Assembly (NCBI RefSeq): GCF_006345805.1
Contig: NW_021835352.1
Span: 1-40,779 of the forward strand
DNA from: Octopus sinensis
Lineage: Eukaryota
DNA: 40,779 nt
Direction of reading: 5' to 3'
Positions 1 to 10,547 of this stretch are shown one piece after another. A program made the translations under genes and the position numbers. How positions within the stretch are numbered: the first letter of the stretch is position 1; every line of letters starts with the position of its first letter. Below the pieces are notes generated by a model. That model did no database searches, was not told the origin of the DNA, and saw only the letters and a list, made by a program, of their open reading frames with translations.

Positions 1-7
1 GAAACAG

Positions 8-165
8 ATATTGTTGTATTTAGGAATGGTCATTTTGCCAGTTTAGCCAATAAAAACACACGTACTATATATTTGGTGTTACTTTTTATTTTTTACATTT
101 ATTTTTTACATTAATCTTAATCATATTTCGGCCATTATTAGGAATGACCATTCCTAAATACAACA

Positions 166-169
<4 letters not shown>
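8..169. repeat. 27-bp perfect inverted repeat at an element end abutting (TA)n
   Basis: 8-34 atattgttgtatttaggaatggtcatt is the exact reverse complement of 143-169; the second arm overlaps a local hairpin ttaggaatg-ac-cattcctaa. Confidence 0.9.
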
Positions 170-218
<49 letters not shown>

Positions 219-220
219 TT

Positions 221-276
<56 letters not shown>

Positions 277-628
277 CTCTTTTATTCTTTTATTTGTTTC
301 AGTCATTTGAGTGCGGCCATGCACCACCTTTAATCTAAAAAAATCGATCCCAGAACTTATTCTTTGTAAGCCTAGTACTTATTCTATGATCTTTTGCCGA
401 AACGCTAACTTTGTAAACACACCAACATCGGTTGTCAAACAATTGTGGGGGACAAACACGGACACACAAACACATACATTTATATATATATATATATATA
501 TATACATACGACGGACTTCTTTCAGTTTCCATCTACCAAATGCACTCACAAGGCTTAGTTGGGCCCGAGGCTATGGAAGAAGACACTTACTCAAGGTGCC
601 ACGCACTGGGATTGAACCCGGAACAATG
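277..628 (-). mobile_element. tRNA/CORE-like SINE (here family S2) with internal microsatellite, head truncated
   Basis: Matches copies at 1395-1812, 21800-22700, 38405-38830 and 39828-40735; contains the CORE-like ttgagtaagtgtctt (consensus ttgggcaagtgtctt) and a catggccgca...aatgactgaaac tail on the minus strand. Confidence 0.85.
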
Positions 629-906
629 TATGTCTCCACTGTCCTGTTTTTGTTCCCAACTTTGTTCCTCCATAAATCCCAAATCTTATTTTGGTACTTA
701 TGGGAACAACTATCTTCGAAGACTCATTCTGTCGTTCATTGCTCGAAATGAGGAGTAGATAGACTGCCGACAACTGATGAAGGGTCGTTCTTTGTGTTAC
801 TTGTCTTGTTTGCCATTTGTTTCTCTCGTTGTTTGCATATTGAACTCATTTGTTTTCGTATTTCATGTTGTTTACTTTTGGTGACGTCCTGTACCCATAT
901 ATGCAT
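629..906 (+). mobile_element. Non-autonomous interspersed element, probably Penelope-like (PLE) derived, with vestigial CUGAUGA motif
   Basis: Inverted second copy at 4862-5140; ends in (TA)n; contains gacaa-CTGATGA-agggtcgttctt...ttgtc. Confidence 0.6.
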
Positions 907-1394
907 ATGTACGTATGTATATATATATATGTATGTATGTATGTATATATACTTTTACACACAAGCATATACACATACAATCATGCAGTGAGTTGCATGT
1001 TTATTCGATAACACACTAATCTTTAGCGTAATTGAACCCTGGGCATCATCCGGTAAACGACTTCACTCTATCCCGTTAGCAAAAAGTATCCCTTACTAAT
1101 GAATCTAACGAGAGTTTCTAGGCAGATATCAGCACGTAACTGCAGATAATTTCCATGCTGAATCGATAAATGTTATTATTCAGTCCGGATGCTTTGGCTG
1201 ACAAGACACAGGTATGACGTAACACAGGGGTGCCTAACAATTCCAGTTACGCTAATTAATCGAGTTAGTTATGAACGTACTTTCGTCTAAACAAGAAGCA
1301 CTAATTCTTCTTTGATTAGCATGTTTGCGTTCAAATCTGGAGAACGTATGAGCAGTAATTATGTAAGTCAGTTGTTGAATATATATATACATAT

Positions 1395-1812
1395 ACTTTT
1401 ACTTTTACTTTTACTTGTTTCAGTCATTTGACTGCGGCCATGCTGGAGCACCGCATTTAGTCGAGCAAATCGACCCCGGGACTTATTCTTCGTAAGCCCA
1501 GTACTTATTCTATCGGTCTCTTTTTGCCGAACCGCTAAGTGACGGGGACGTAAACACACCAGCATCGGTTGTCAAGCAATGCTAGGGGGACAAACACAAA
1601 CACACAAACACACACACATACATATATATATATACATACATACATACGACAGGCTTCTTTCAGTTTCCGTCTACCAAATCCACTCACAAGGCTTTGGTCG
1701 GCCCGAGGCTATAATAGAAGACATTTGCTCAAGATGCCACGCAGTGGGACTGAACCCGGAAGCATGTAGTTCATAAGCAAGCTACTTACCACACAGCCAC
1801 TCCTGCGCCTAT
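1395..1812 (-). mobile_element. SINE family S2, near full length
   Basis: Minus strand starts ataggcgcaggagtggctgtgtgg (A-box-like), then gggttcagtccc (B-box-like), CORE-like segment, internal (TA/TG)n and an (AAAAGT)n-like tail. Confidence 0.9.
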
Positions 1813-1842
1813 ATATACATACATAATACATACATGTTTGTT

Positions 1843-2114
1843 CGTTCCCGAGCCACGCCTGGCTCATAGAGCCCTTTTCCCAGTTTCCTTGGCGTATAGG
1901 TTCCCCACCTGGACGGGACGCCGGTCCGTCGCAGGTGAGTTGCAAGATGCAGGAGGAAAGAGTGAGATAAAGTTGTAGCGAAAGGGTCAGCAGAAGTTCG
2001 CCATTACCTTCTGCCGGAGCCGCGTGGAACACACACATCGCCCGTTCTGAGATTCGAACACGCGATCCCTCGATCGCGAGTCCGCTGCTCTAACAACTAG
2101 ACCATGTGCCTCCA
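1843..2114 (-). mobile_element. tRNA-headed SINE family S3
   Basis: Minus-strand head ggtctagtt...gtgttcgaatctc; body resembles 40318-40500 (agagtgaga.aaagttgt...gttcgcca...ctgccggag). Confidence 0.7.
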
Positions 2115-2115
2115 C

Positions 2116-2122
2116 TAATACA

Positions 2123-2182
<60 letters not shown>

Positions 2183-2330
2183 TGTATGTATGTATGTATG
2201 TATGTACGTTTAGTATGTATGTATGTATGCATGCATGTATGTATGTATTTATGTATTATGTATGTATGTATGTATATATATATCTATCTATCTGTCTATT
2301 TATATATATGTGTGTGTGTGTGTGTGTGTT
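2116..2330. repeat. (TACA)n/(TGTA)n compound microsatellite
   Basis: Direct reading; source of the spurious MYVC/HTYI ORFs. Confidence 0.95.
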
Positions 2331-2867
2331 ATATATTGGTCAGTATTTTTATTCGTTAGAATCTATGTATTTCAACAAGATACTGAGCTTAAAGTATTCT
2401 GGAGCAACTTAAAACTTGTTTGTTGGTTGTATGCTCTAAGTAGACATACATACACTCACACATCTATGTACACATATAGATACAAACAGCGGGAGAAATA
2501 TATGTATAGGTACCCATTCCAATATTAACTATAGATCCAGCCCAGGGGTGGATTTAAGTGTAGCGTATTTATGAAAAAGAACACGAGTTGGGTTCCAAAT
2601 TTTGAGTCTCCTCGTAGTGATTTTAGTTGCTGGAAATAGCAGTCGACGTTCTCTGAAAACACAATACATTCTTAAGTAAGAAAATTAAGCAGCAGATAAA
2701 ATAATGTTCCTAGACGGGTTAGTCACGGTTGGAAGGCTTTTTTTCTTTTCATAATGAATGTACTTAATAGGTTTACATGAAGGTAAAAATAACAAGAAAA
2801 CAGATTTAAAGGGATTTTCTAATTTTGTCTCCAATACTTATTTCGGTACGAGGTCAGCAATTTTGAA

Positions 2868-3268
2868 GAGTGTGGGCCAGTCGATTACATCGACACCAAT
2901 GCTTGACCAGTCCTTTATTTTATCAGTCGAAAAGAATGAAAAGCAAAGTTCAATTCAGTGGATTATGAAATCAGAACGTAAAGGTTTCGTCAAAATGCTG
3001 CGAAGCATTTTTCCTGACGCACTAACGTTTCTATCACAACCTTGTATTTGCCTAAAATTATTTTAAAATTTGGTATAATGCCAGCAGATTGGAGCAGAGG
3101 GATCCAGTCAATTGCAAAACCAAAATGCTTAATTGTTACTTTATTGTATCGACACCAAAAAGATGACAGACTAAATAACTTCGGCGTCATTTGAACTCAG
3201 AAAGTAAGCAACCGGTAACAAATGTTGCCAAGCATGTTCTTAAGATTCAAAGGATTCTGCTCACCGGT
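2868..3268 (-). mobile_element. Two decayed copies of SINE family S1
   Basis: Degenerate gtcgattacatcgac, tgaactcagaacgt and ctaacgtttct motifs in reverse orientation to 3287-3519. Confidence 0.65.
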
Positions 3269-3286
3269 CTATATATACGTAAAATA

Positions 3287-3519
3287 AAGGCGGCAAGCTG
3301 GCAGAATCGTTAGCACGCCGGGCGAAATGCGTAGCTGTATTTCGTCTGCCGTTACGTTCTGGGCTCAAATTCCGCCGAGGTCGACTTTGCCTTTCATCCT
3401 TTCGGGGTAGATAAATTAAGTACCAGTTACGCACTGGGGTCGATATAATTGATTTAATCCGTTTGTCTGTCCTTGTTTGTCCCCTCTGTGTTTAGCCCCT
3501 TGTGGGTAGTAAAGAATTA
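3287..3519 (+). mobile_element. tRNA-derived SINE family S1, full length
   Basis: A box tggcagaatcg, B-box-like ctcaaattcc, central gcctttcatcctttcggggt.gataaattaagtaccag, tail gccccttgtgggtagtaaagaa; near-identical copy at 32112-32342. Confidence 0.9.
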
Positions 3520-3855
3520 TATATATACGTAAAATTGCAGCAAAAATAACAGAAAATTTAGACCCCCTTCTCATATACTGAATAATACGTTTGAACTAAC
3601 GATTACTATTTTGCATAGCAATAGCAAAGAAGGTCAAATTCTTATTCACTATTTAATAATCAACTGGTGGTAATAATTTATGCGGACTGCTTGGGCTACT
3701 GGCCAAAATTTCTAAACAACGACTACATGCACAAACATTCCGCGCATACGTATGTGCGAGCCAATAACTATGTGATTTCTATATACATGCATTATGCATA
3801 CATGCATATAGACATACATACATACATACATACATACATACATACATACATACAA

Positions 3856-3908
<53 letters not shown>

Positions 3909-3926
3909 ACACATATATATATATAT

Positions 3927-4135
3927 GGCAAGCTGGCAGGAACGTTAGCATGCCGGGCGCAATGCTTTGCGATATTTCAACTGCCTTTACGTTCTGAGTT
4001 CAAATTTCGCCGAGGTAGACTTTTCCTTCATCATTTCGGGGTCGATAAATTAAGTACCAGTTGCGTATTGGGGTCGATCTAATCACCTCCCCCCCTCCAA
4101 AGTTTTCGGGCTTGTGCCTAGAGTAGAAAAGATTA
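3927..4135 (+). mobile_element. SINE family S1, alternative-tail subfamily
   Basis: Same head and centre as 3287-3519; tail ...gggcttgtgcctagagtagaaaagatt is shared with 14373-14590. Confidence 0.85.
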
Positions 4136-4169
4136 TCTATCTATCTCTCTATCTATCTATCTATCTATC

Positions 4170-4219
<50 letters not shown>

Positions 4220-4298
4220 CATATATATATATACATGCACACATATACATACATATATACACAAATACATGCACACAGATATACAAGTATATATATAT

Positions 4299-4337
<39 letters not shown>

Positions 4338-4372
4338 TCTGTATATCTGTACACTCACACACACAAAGGGTA

Positions 4373-4698
4373 AAGACCCCTTCGGTCATGAATGACCATG
4401 GGATTGCACCTAGAGAGTTACCCCCTAGACACAAGCCGGGCAAGGTTGTTTATGGAAGGCCAGCAGTCGCCCATGCATACCAGCCTCCCCTCTCCACGCC
4501 ACCAGTGTTATCCAAGGGAAGACAAAGGTCGATACAGCTTGGCACCAGTGACGTCGCAACTCATTTCTACAGCTGAGGTGAACAGGAGCAACGTGAAATA
4601 AAGTGCCTTGCTCGAGAACACAACACGCAGCCCGGTCCGGGATTCGAGCTCACAACTCACGATCGTAAGCTCGACGCTCTAACCACTGAGCCATGCGA
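4373..4698 (-). mobile_element. tRNA/CORE-like SINE (S3 group)
   Basis: Minus-strand head cgcatggctcagtggttagagcg...tcgaatccc, followed by the MIR/CORE-like segment (plus strand gtgaaataaagtgccttgctc). Confidence 0.8.
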
Positions 4699-4797
4699 CA
4701 CACACACACACACATATTAATATATATATATATATATATAATATATATATTATATATATATATATATATGATATGAATAATAATGTATGCATGCGTA

Positions 4798-4847
<50 letters not shown>

Positions 4848-4861
4848 TTCTTTATATATAT

Positions 4862-5335
4862 ATGCATATATGGGTACAGGATGTCACCAACTGTAAACAA
4901 CATGAAATACGAAAATAAATGAATTCAATACGCAAACAACGAGAGAAACAAGTGGAAAACAGGACAAGTAATACAAAGAACGACCCTTCATCAGTTGTCG
5001 GCTGTGTATCTGCTCCTCATTTCGAGCACTGAATGACAATAAGAGGCCTCGAAGGCAGGTGCCCCCATAAATACCAAAATGACATTTTGGATTTATCGAG
5101 GGTCAAAGTTGAACAAAAACATGACAGTGAAGACATAGAAGGAAACCGAACGAAAACAAACATAGAGGGTCATTAGGCCAGAACGAGGATAAAATAGCGA
5201 ACGATGGAGACACTTTCTTTCTTTGAAAAGAGAAAAGATAGAAGACGTCCAGTCCCTAGGACAGTCCTTGAGGAAAAGAAAGATGGGCGATGGTCACGAG
5301 TGAGCAACGAGAGAGTGAAAAGAAGAAAGAAGGGA
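4862..5335 (-). mobile_element. Second, longer copy of the 629-906 element
   Basis: Reverse complement aligns with 629-906 (gtacccatatatgcata end; gccgacaactgatgaagggtcgttc); flanked by (TA)n on both sides. Confidence 0.75.
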
Positions 5336-5464
5336 TATATATATGGATATATATATATATACACACACATAAGCATATGGCCTTAAGGTTAAATATTTGG
5401 CTACATAATTTGTTGAAGGAGACTTGTTATTAATCTACAAATATTGAATGTACCAAGTACTTAC

Positions 5465-5502
5465 CTAACTGGCTGGAATGTTCATTCAGTTCATGCAACG
5501 AA
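5465..5502 (-). CDS. Candidate 38-bp internal exon (xSLHELNEHSSQL), unverified
   Basis: Acceptor tcatttttcag, donor TAG|gtaagt, only one frame open; no homology recognised. Confidence 0.2.
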
Positions 5503-5682
5503 CTGAAAAATGACTTAAAGGTGATTACATAGAAAAAACAAACTACAGTTTGTGCATATCTGCAAAACTTAAGTTAAAATATTTTTGATAAAGTCTACTA
5601 TATGTCTACTTGCCAGTTCTTGCGTTTATGCTGGTGTTTATGTTAATGTGGGAGAATTTATATAATACATACATATACATAC

Positions 5683-5684
5683 TC

Positions 5685-5780
<96 letters not shown>

Positions 5781-5795
5781 GTCTATCTATCGATC
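5683..5795. repeat. (CTAT)n microsatellite
   Basis: Direct reading. Confidence 0.95.
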
Positions 5796-5863
5796 TATCC
5801 ATCTATCGCTGTCTGTGTCTCTCTGTCTGTCTGTTTGTCTGTCAGTCTGTCTCTCTCTCTCTC

Positions 5864-5895
<32 letters not shown>

Positions 5896-7725
5896 AAGAG
5901 AGAGATAGACATGTGTGTATAAATACATACAAAAACACACACCCTCACAGACACACAAATATAAATATAAATATATATATATATTTTTTTTTCTCTATTT
6001 TCAGCTCAGAGCTGCGGCCATGCTGATACACCGCCGTTTTGTGCTACACTGTTATTACGAAGAACCTCGTCTAATATGTGGCACTTGGTGAAGAATGGAG
6101 TTTGATATAGCTACTCTCATTTGCACCTCTTATATATTATATATTTAATTAGATAGCTACGAGATTATGGGCTATGATTATTTTCTCTCTAACTGTACCA
6201 GGTTTGAAACATATAGAAATTAATTAGTTACAAATAAATTTTCATTCAAATAGGCTATATAGATAATTTAAATTAATTCTATCTAATTTTTTAATCTAAT
6301 GTAGGTAATCCAACTTATAGCAAATTAGGTAATTAGTTAATTAGACTTCGTAGTTCTTTTATATACTACTAGTAAATATCGCTAATCCCATAAAAATAAT
6401 ATAACGTTTTTTCATTATGAAAAACAACTCACAATCCTTTCTTTTGACCCCTTAATGTAGTCCTAAAGTCTGCCATTGTATTATTATTAGTAGTAACATT
6501 AATAAATAAAGAAATAAATTAAATGACCTCCTTTCTAGTTTTGCACTGAAATCTGTTAATTTTTTTTCCTACAGTGACAACCTTTGATCCTTCTTTACCT
6601 TCCCATATCCTCCTTATATAGCAATTAACGATGATATTTGGTCAAGATTAGCTTTCCTCCTCAAAGCTCTTTGATTCTTGCAAATTCTGTTTAGTCAGTT
6701 CGTCTCCACTGAAATAGTTGGACACTTACATCCCCTTCCCCTCTTAGTTACTCTAATATACCCTATGTGAGGGATTGTCTCCACGCTTCACTAACCCTCC
6801 TTCAACAAATTTAATTCTAACATTGCAGTGTGAAGAAATTCTCAGAAAGGTAACCAATATATCATCACACATCAGGAAACACACTTTATTATGGACTATT
6901 TATGGATAAATGCATATTCTGTGAGTATGATACCTCTCCTCAAATCTCCAGAATTCAAACTTTCTTCAATATGGATGGATTTACATTTTCAATTTCATTG
7001 TCATTTTCTGGAAAACTAAGGGGTTTTTTAAAATACTTTTTTAAATCCCGTTATATGACTGTGCAACACTAAAAGAACTTTCAGAAGTCCATTTGTTACC
7101 TAAATCTTATTTTTATAGAACTATCCCTAATATTTCAGGAGTGTAACATCACCCCCTTAGATGTTTGGAGAACTCAGATATTTAATTCTTATGCTTTCCT
7201 AAAAACTTGATTTCGAAACGTACGTCCGTAGATAACTTAAAATTGTATGATAGATTGCCGTCAATTCATTCTCTCTTACCTGTTTGTGTCTGCCTTCCAA
7301 TTGCTGTTTTTACTGAGATCTCCCTTTTTAGTAGAAGAAATAGCTATAACTCTTTGACTGCTATTTCTAAATTCGGTATGTGGTAAGGCAATTCGTTGCT
7401 AAACCCTTTATTGCTTAGTATTACTTAAATTTTCCTCGAATGAGGCTTTTACATGCCGAAGACTACTTGGTGTAATTGATAATTATTCCAAATTAATTAA
7501 TTTCACCCTTCATTATTACGGATAACCATATTTTATCTCAGTAGATGACCACAGCATCTTGTTTTGGCTACACGCGGGTGGGAAGGGGCTGGTGACACAA
7601 TCTTTTCATTCACGCATTGATTTGGTGATACTAGTTGCGGATTCTAGCTCGCTCTGATACTGAGTTGAGTTGGTGCCTTCTAGTATCTCAAAATTCAATA
7701 TATAATCATTTATGATTATAGTATT

Positions 7726-7823
7726 CTACGCTGAAGAGAAAAGAAGTTTTTGGTAAGATAGAATTATTTAATATTAATTCTTATGCTTTTCTAAAAACTT
7801 GATTTCGAAACGTACGTCCGTAG
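7726..7823 (+). ncRNA. Type I hammerhead ribozyme motif, canonical core, predicted GUC cleavage after 7818
   Basis: Stem I CUACG/CGUAG; core CUGAAGA; long stem II closed by G7738-C7806 (GAAA..AAGUUUUUGG / CUAAAAACUU..UUUC); GAA; palindromic stem III ACGUACGU; C17. Confidence 0.85.
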
Positions 7824-8314
7824 ATAACTTAAAATTGTATGATAGATTGCCGTCAATTCATTCTCTCTTACCTGTTTGTGTCTGCCTTCCAATTGCGTTT
7901 TACTGAGATCTCCCTTTTTAGTAGAAGAAATAGCTATAACTCTTTGACTGCTATTTCTAAATTCGGTATGTGGTAAGGCAATTCGTTGCTAAACCCTTTA
8001 TTGCTTAGTATTACTTAAATTTTCCTCGAATGAGGCTTTTACATGCCGAAGACTACTTGGTGTAATTGATAATTATTCCAAATAATTAATTTCACCCTTC
8101 ATTATTACGGATAACCATATTTTATCTCAGTAGATGACCACAGCATCTTGTTTTGGCTACACGCGGGTGGGAAGGGGCTGGTGACACAATCTTTTCATTC
8201 ACGCATTGAATTTGGTGATACTAGTTGCGGATTCTAGCTCGCTCTGATACTGAGTTGAGTTGGTGCCTTCTAGTATCTCAAAATTCAATATATAATCATT
8301 ATGATCATAGTATT

Positions 8315-8412
8315 CTACGCTGAAGAGAAAAGAAGTTTTGGTAAGATAGAATTATTTAATATTTAATTCTTATGCTTTCCTAAAAACTTGATTTCGAAAC
8401 GTACGTCCGTAG
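8315..8412 (+). ncRNA. Type I hammerhead ribozyme motif (second copy), predicted cleavage after 8407
   Basis: Same core, stem I and stem III as 7726-7823. Confidence 0.85.
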
Positions 8413-9334
8413 ATAACTTAAAATTGTATGATAGATTGCCGTCAATTCATTCTCTCTTACCTGTTTGTGTCTGCCTTCCAATTGCTGTTTTTACTGAGAT
8501 CTCCCTTTTTAGTAGAAGAAATAGCTATAACTCTTTGACTGCTATTTCTAAATTCGGTATGTGGTAAGGCAATTCGTTGCTAAACCCTTTATTGCTTAGT
8601 ATTACTTAAATTTTCCTCGAATGAGGCTTTTACATGCCGAAGACTACTTGGTGTAATTGATAATTATTCCAAATTAATTAATTTCACCCTTCATTATTAC
8701 GGATATATATATATATATATATATACGCATGTGTATATATATTACGGCTGTTTTATTGTGAGACAAGAGAGAGAGAGAGAGAGATGGGGGAGAGAGGGAG
8801 AGAGAGAGAAACAAGAAAGAGAAAGAAAGAAGCAAGATACCCAGACTATGGTAATTCTTGCTCACTTCCATCGGTACTTCAGTGTTCCCATTTACCCACC
8901 CAACCAGTGTACTTACTACTCGTTGAATGCGAAGTGCTGCCATTATGTATTGTGTAAAAATTCTCAATTTATGATATCGTTTATTGTGAAACATTGTATT
9001 CGACCTCAATAACAGTTGGAACATCATAAAAGGAGTTATAAGAATTATGTAGCGTTGAAATACGTTTTAAAGTTTACTGAATGGAACGAGTGTGTTTATA
9101 CAAATGTATGGAATTGTTAAATTTTCTTACTTAAAGTAGTCTGTGGCAGGTGTTTCTGTATAGGATACGAACAGGTGGGCGCGTGCAATGAGACGTTGTT
9201 ACAACTTGATCATGCATATTATCTAGTAATTTCTACAGGCCTGAAGTTTTTATTGTGCGTATATGTGTAGAGAAAAACCGAGCTGAAAAGCTTTATACTG
9301 TTACGAAATTAGAGAAATATTTCAGACTTTCCAT

Positions 9335-9411
<77 letters not shown>

Positions 9412-9960
9412 GGAAAGTCTGTGTGTATGTGTGTATGTGTGTAATAATCTGCTTGATCGTTCTCTTGTTATACTTTAGTTAGAGAGATAGAGGTGGAGTG
9501 AGATGGGGAATAAATGTGATAGAGAGAGGAGTGTGAGTAGAGGAGAAAGAATTGAGGAAGATCTACCATAAGGCCAAATGCGTTACGCTGTTAGTCGAAG
9601 GAAGAGGCGAACAGCGAGAGAAAGAAATGGTGAGAGAAAAGAGGGAGAGAAAAGTGTTAACGACGTGCTGTAGGGTGGAGAGGGAAAGATGAAAAGAAAG
9701 AGATGTGTTTAGGATATAATATTTAGCAGGCGGTGGTGAGGTGAAAGTAAGGCTGATAGAGAGAGATGGACAGGGGAGGCAGTTACATTAAAAGGGAGTC
9801 GGTGTGTGTTTGTGTGTGAGTGATGCAGGCAGCGTTTGTATTGTCAGACTAGAGATACATCAACAGGATCGAAAAGTAGATATAAACTCGCAGCTATACT
9901 TAAATGATATGGACTTTGTTGCTGAAACTATAGCGATGATGATGGTGTGTTAATAGTGAA

Positions 9961-10195
9961 AAGGATTTTTTTTTATTGAACTTAATGTATAATTTTTCGC
10001 TTTTGGATTTGGTTTGAAAGATTATTTATATGAGTTCGTGTGTTGAAGCATATTCTGTTGTGTCTGGGGAGAGTCATTCTCTTTTAGTACCTTATTATTT
10101 AACACACTCACCGGTAAAATTTCCACTTATTTCGTCTTTTTATTTTCCTAAAATTTTCGTTGCGTCTTGCACCCTTTTCAATAGTCTTGACTCTG
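9961..10195 (-). mobile_element. Short non-autonomous element ending in an HHR-like motif (PLE-derived?)
   Basis: Non-coding ~230-bp block with an HHR-like fold at 10148-10184; boundaries approximate. Confidence 0.5.
10148..10184 (-). ncRNA. Minimal type I HHR-like motif with U3-A8 core
   Basis: CUA-UUGAAAA-G-GGUGC-AAGAC-GCAAC-GAA-AAUU-U-UAG: 3-bp stem I, stem II with one G.A mismatch, palindromic stem III. Confidence 0.5.
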
Positions 10196-10496
10196 TATAA
10201 TATTATTCTTCTACCAGTTCGTTCACACTTTACGTTTTAGATTGTTAGAGAGGAGGGGTAGATGGAATGTGAGAGAGGAAGAGGGAATGTGAGAATGAGT
10301 GACAGAGCAGATAGCCAGTCGATGTGTTATGCTGTCACTCACGTGGTTAGTGGAAGTAAGAGGTGAAGAGAGGGAGAGAAATGTTAAAGTCACGAAGAAG
10401 AGAATTACATTGTTAAAAAAATTTGTTGAAGTGGTAAAGAGAAAGAGAGGAATATAAAGTGCCTGGCAGAGGGAAATTATAAATTCATATAATATA

Positions 10497-10547
10497 TAGG
10501 CGTAGGAGTGGCTGTGTGGTAAGTAGCTTGCTTACCAACCACATTAT
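10497..10547 (+). mobile_element. SINE S2 head fragment
   Basis: ataggcgtaggagtggctgtgtggtaagtagcttgcttaccaaccac. Confidence 0.85.

Larger units (their letters stand above)
7178..8705 (+). repeat. Tandem array of ~2.6 copies of a ~590-bp unit (retrozyme-like or PLE pseudo-LTR array)
   Basis: Units start at 7178, 7771 and 8359; differences are almost all 1-nt indels in homopolymers plus a few substitutions; the third unit is truncated at (TA)n. Confidence 0.95.

Noticed and set aside
1320-1362. Exon-like segment (xMFAFKSGERMSSNY) and a nearby one at ~1185-1212
   Set aside because: Good splice signals but mutually phase-incompatible and without homology; they show how often such signals arise by chance here.
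3287-3400. tRNA genes at SINE heads
   Set aside because: A and B boxes are present, but they continue into SINE bodies and do not form complete cloverleaves.
7178-8705. CRISPR-like array or protein-coding repeat
   Set aside because: Units are ~590 bp with no unique spacers and no long ORF; eukaryotic context.
8674-9027. 117-aa minus-strand ORF whose N-terminus looks like a mitochondrial presequence, with a gtaagt donor near 8920
   Set aside because: The C-terminal half is microsatellite; no promoter or homology support; basic, acid-free composition is common in AT-rich random ORFs.
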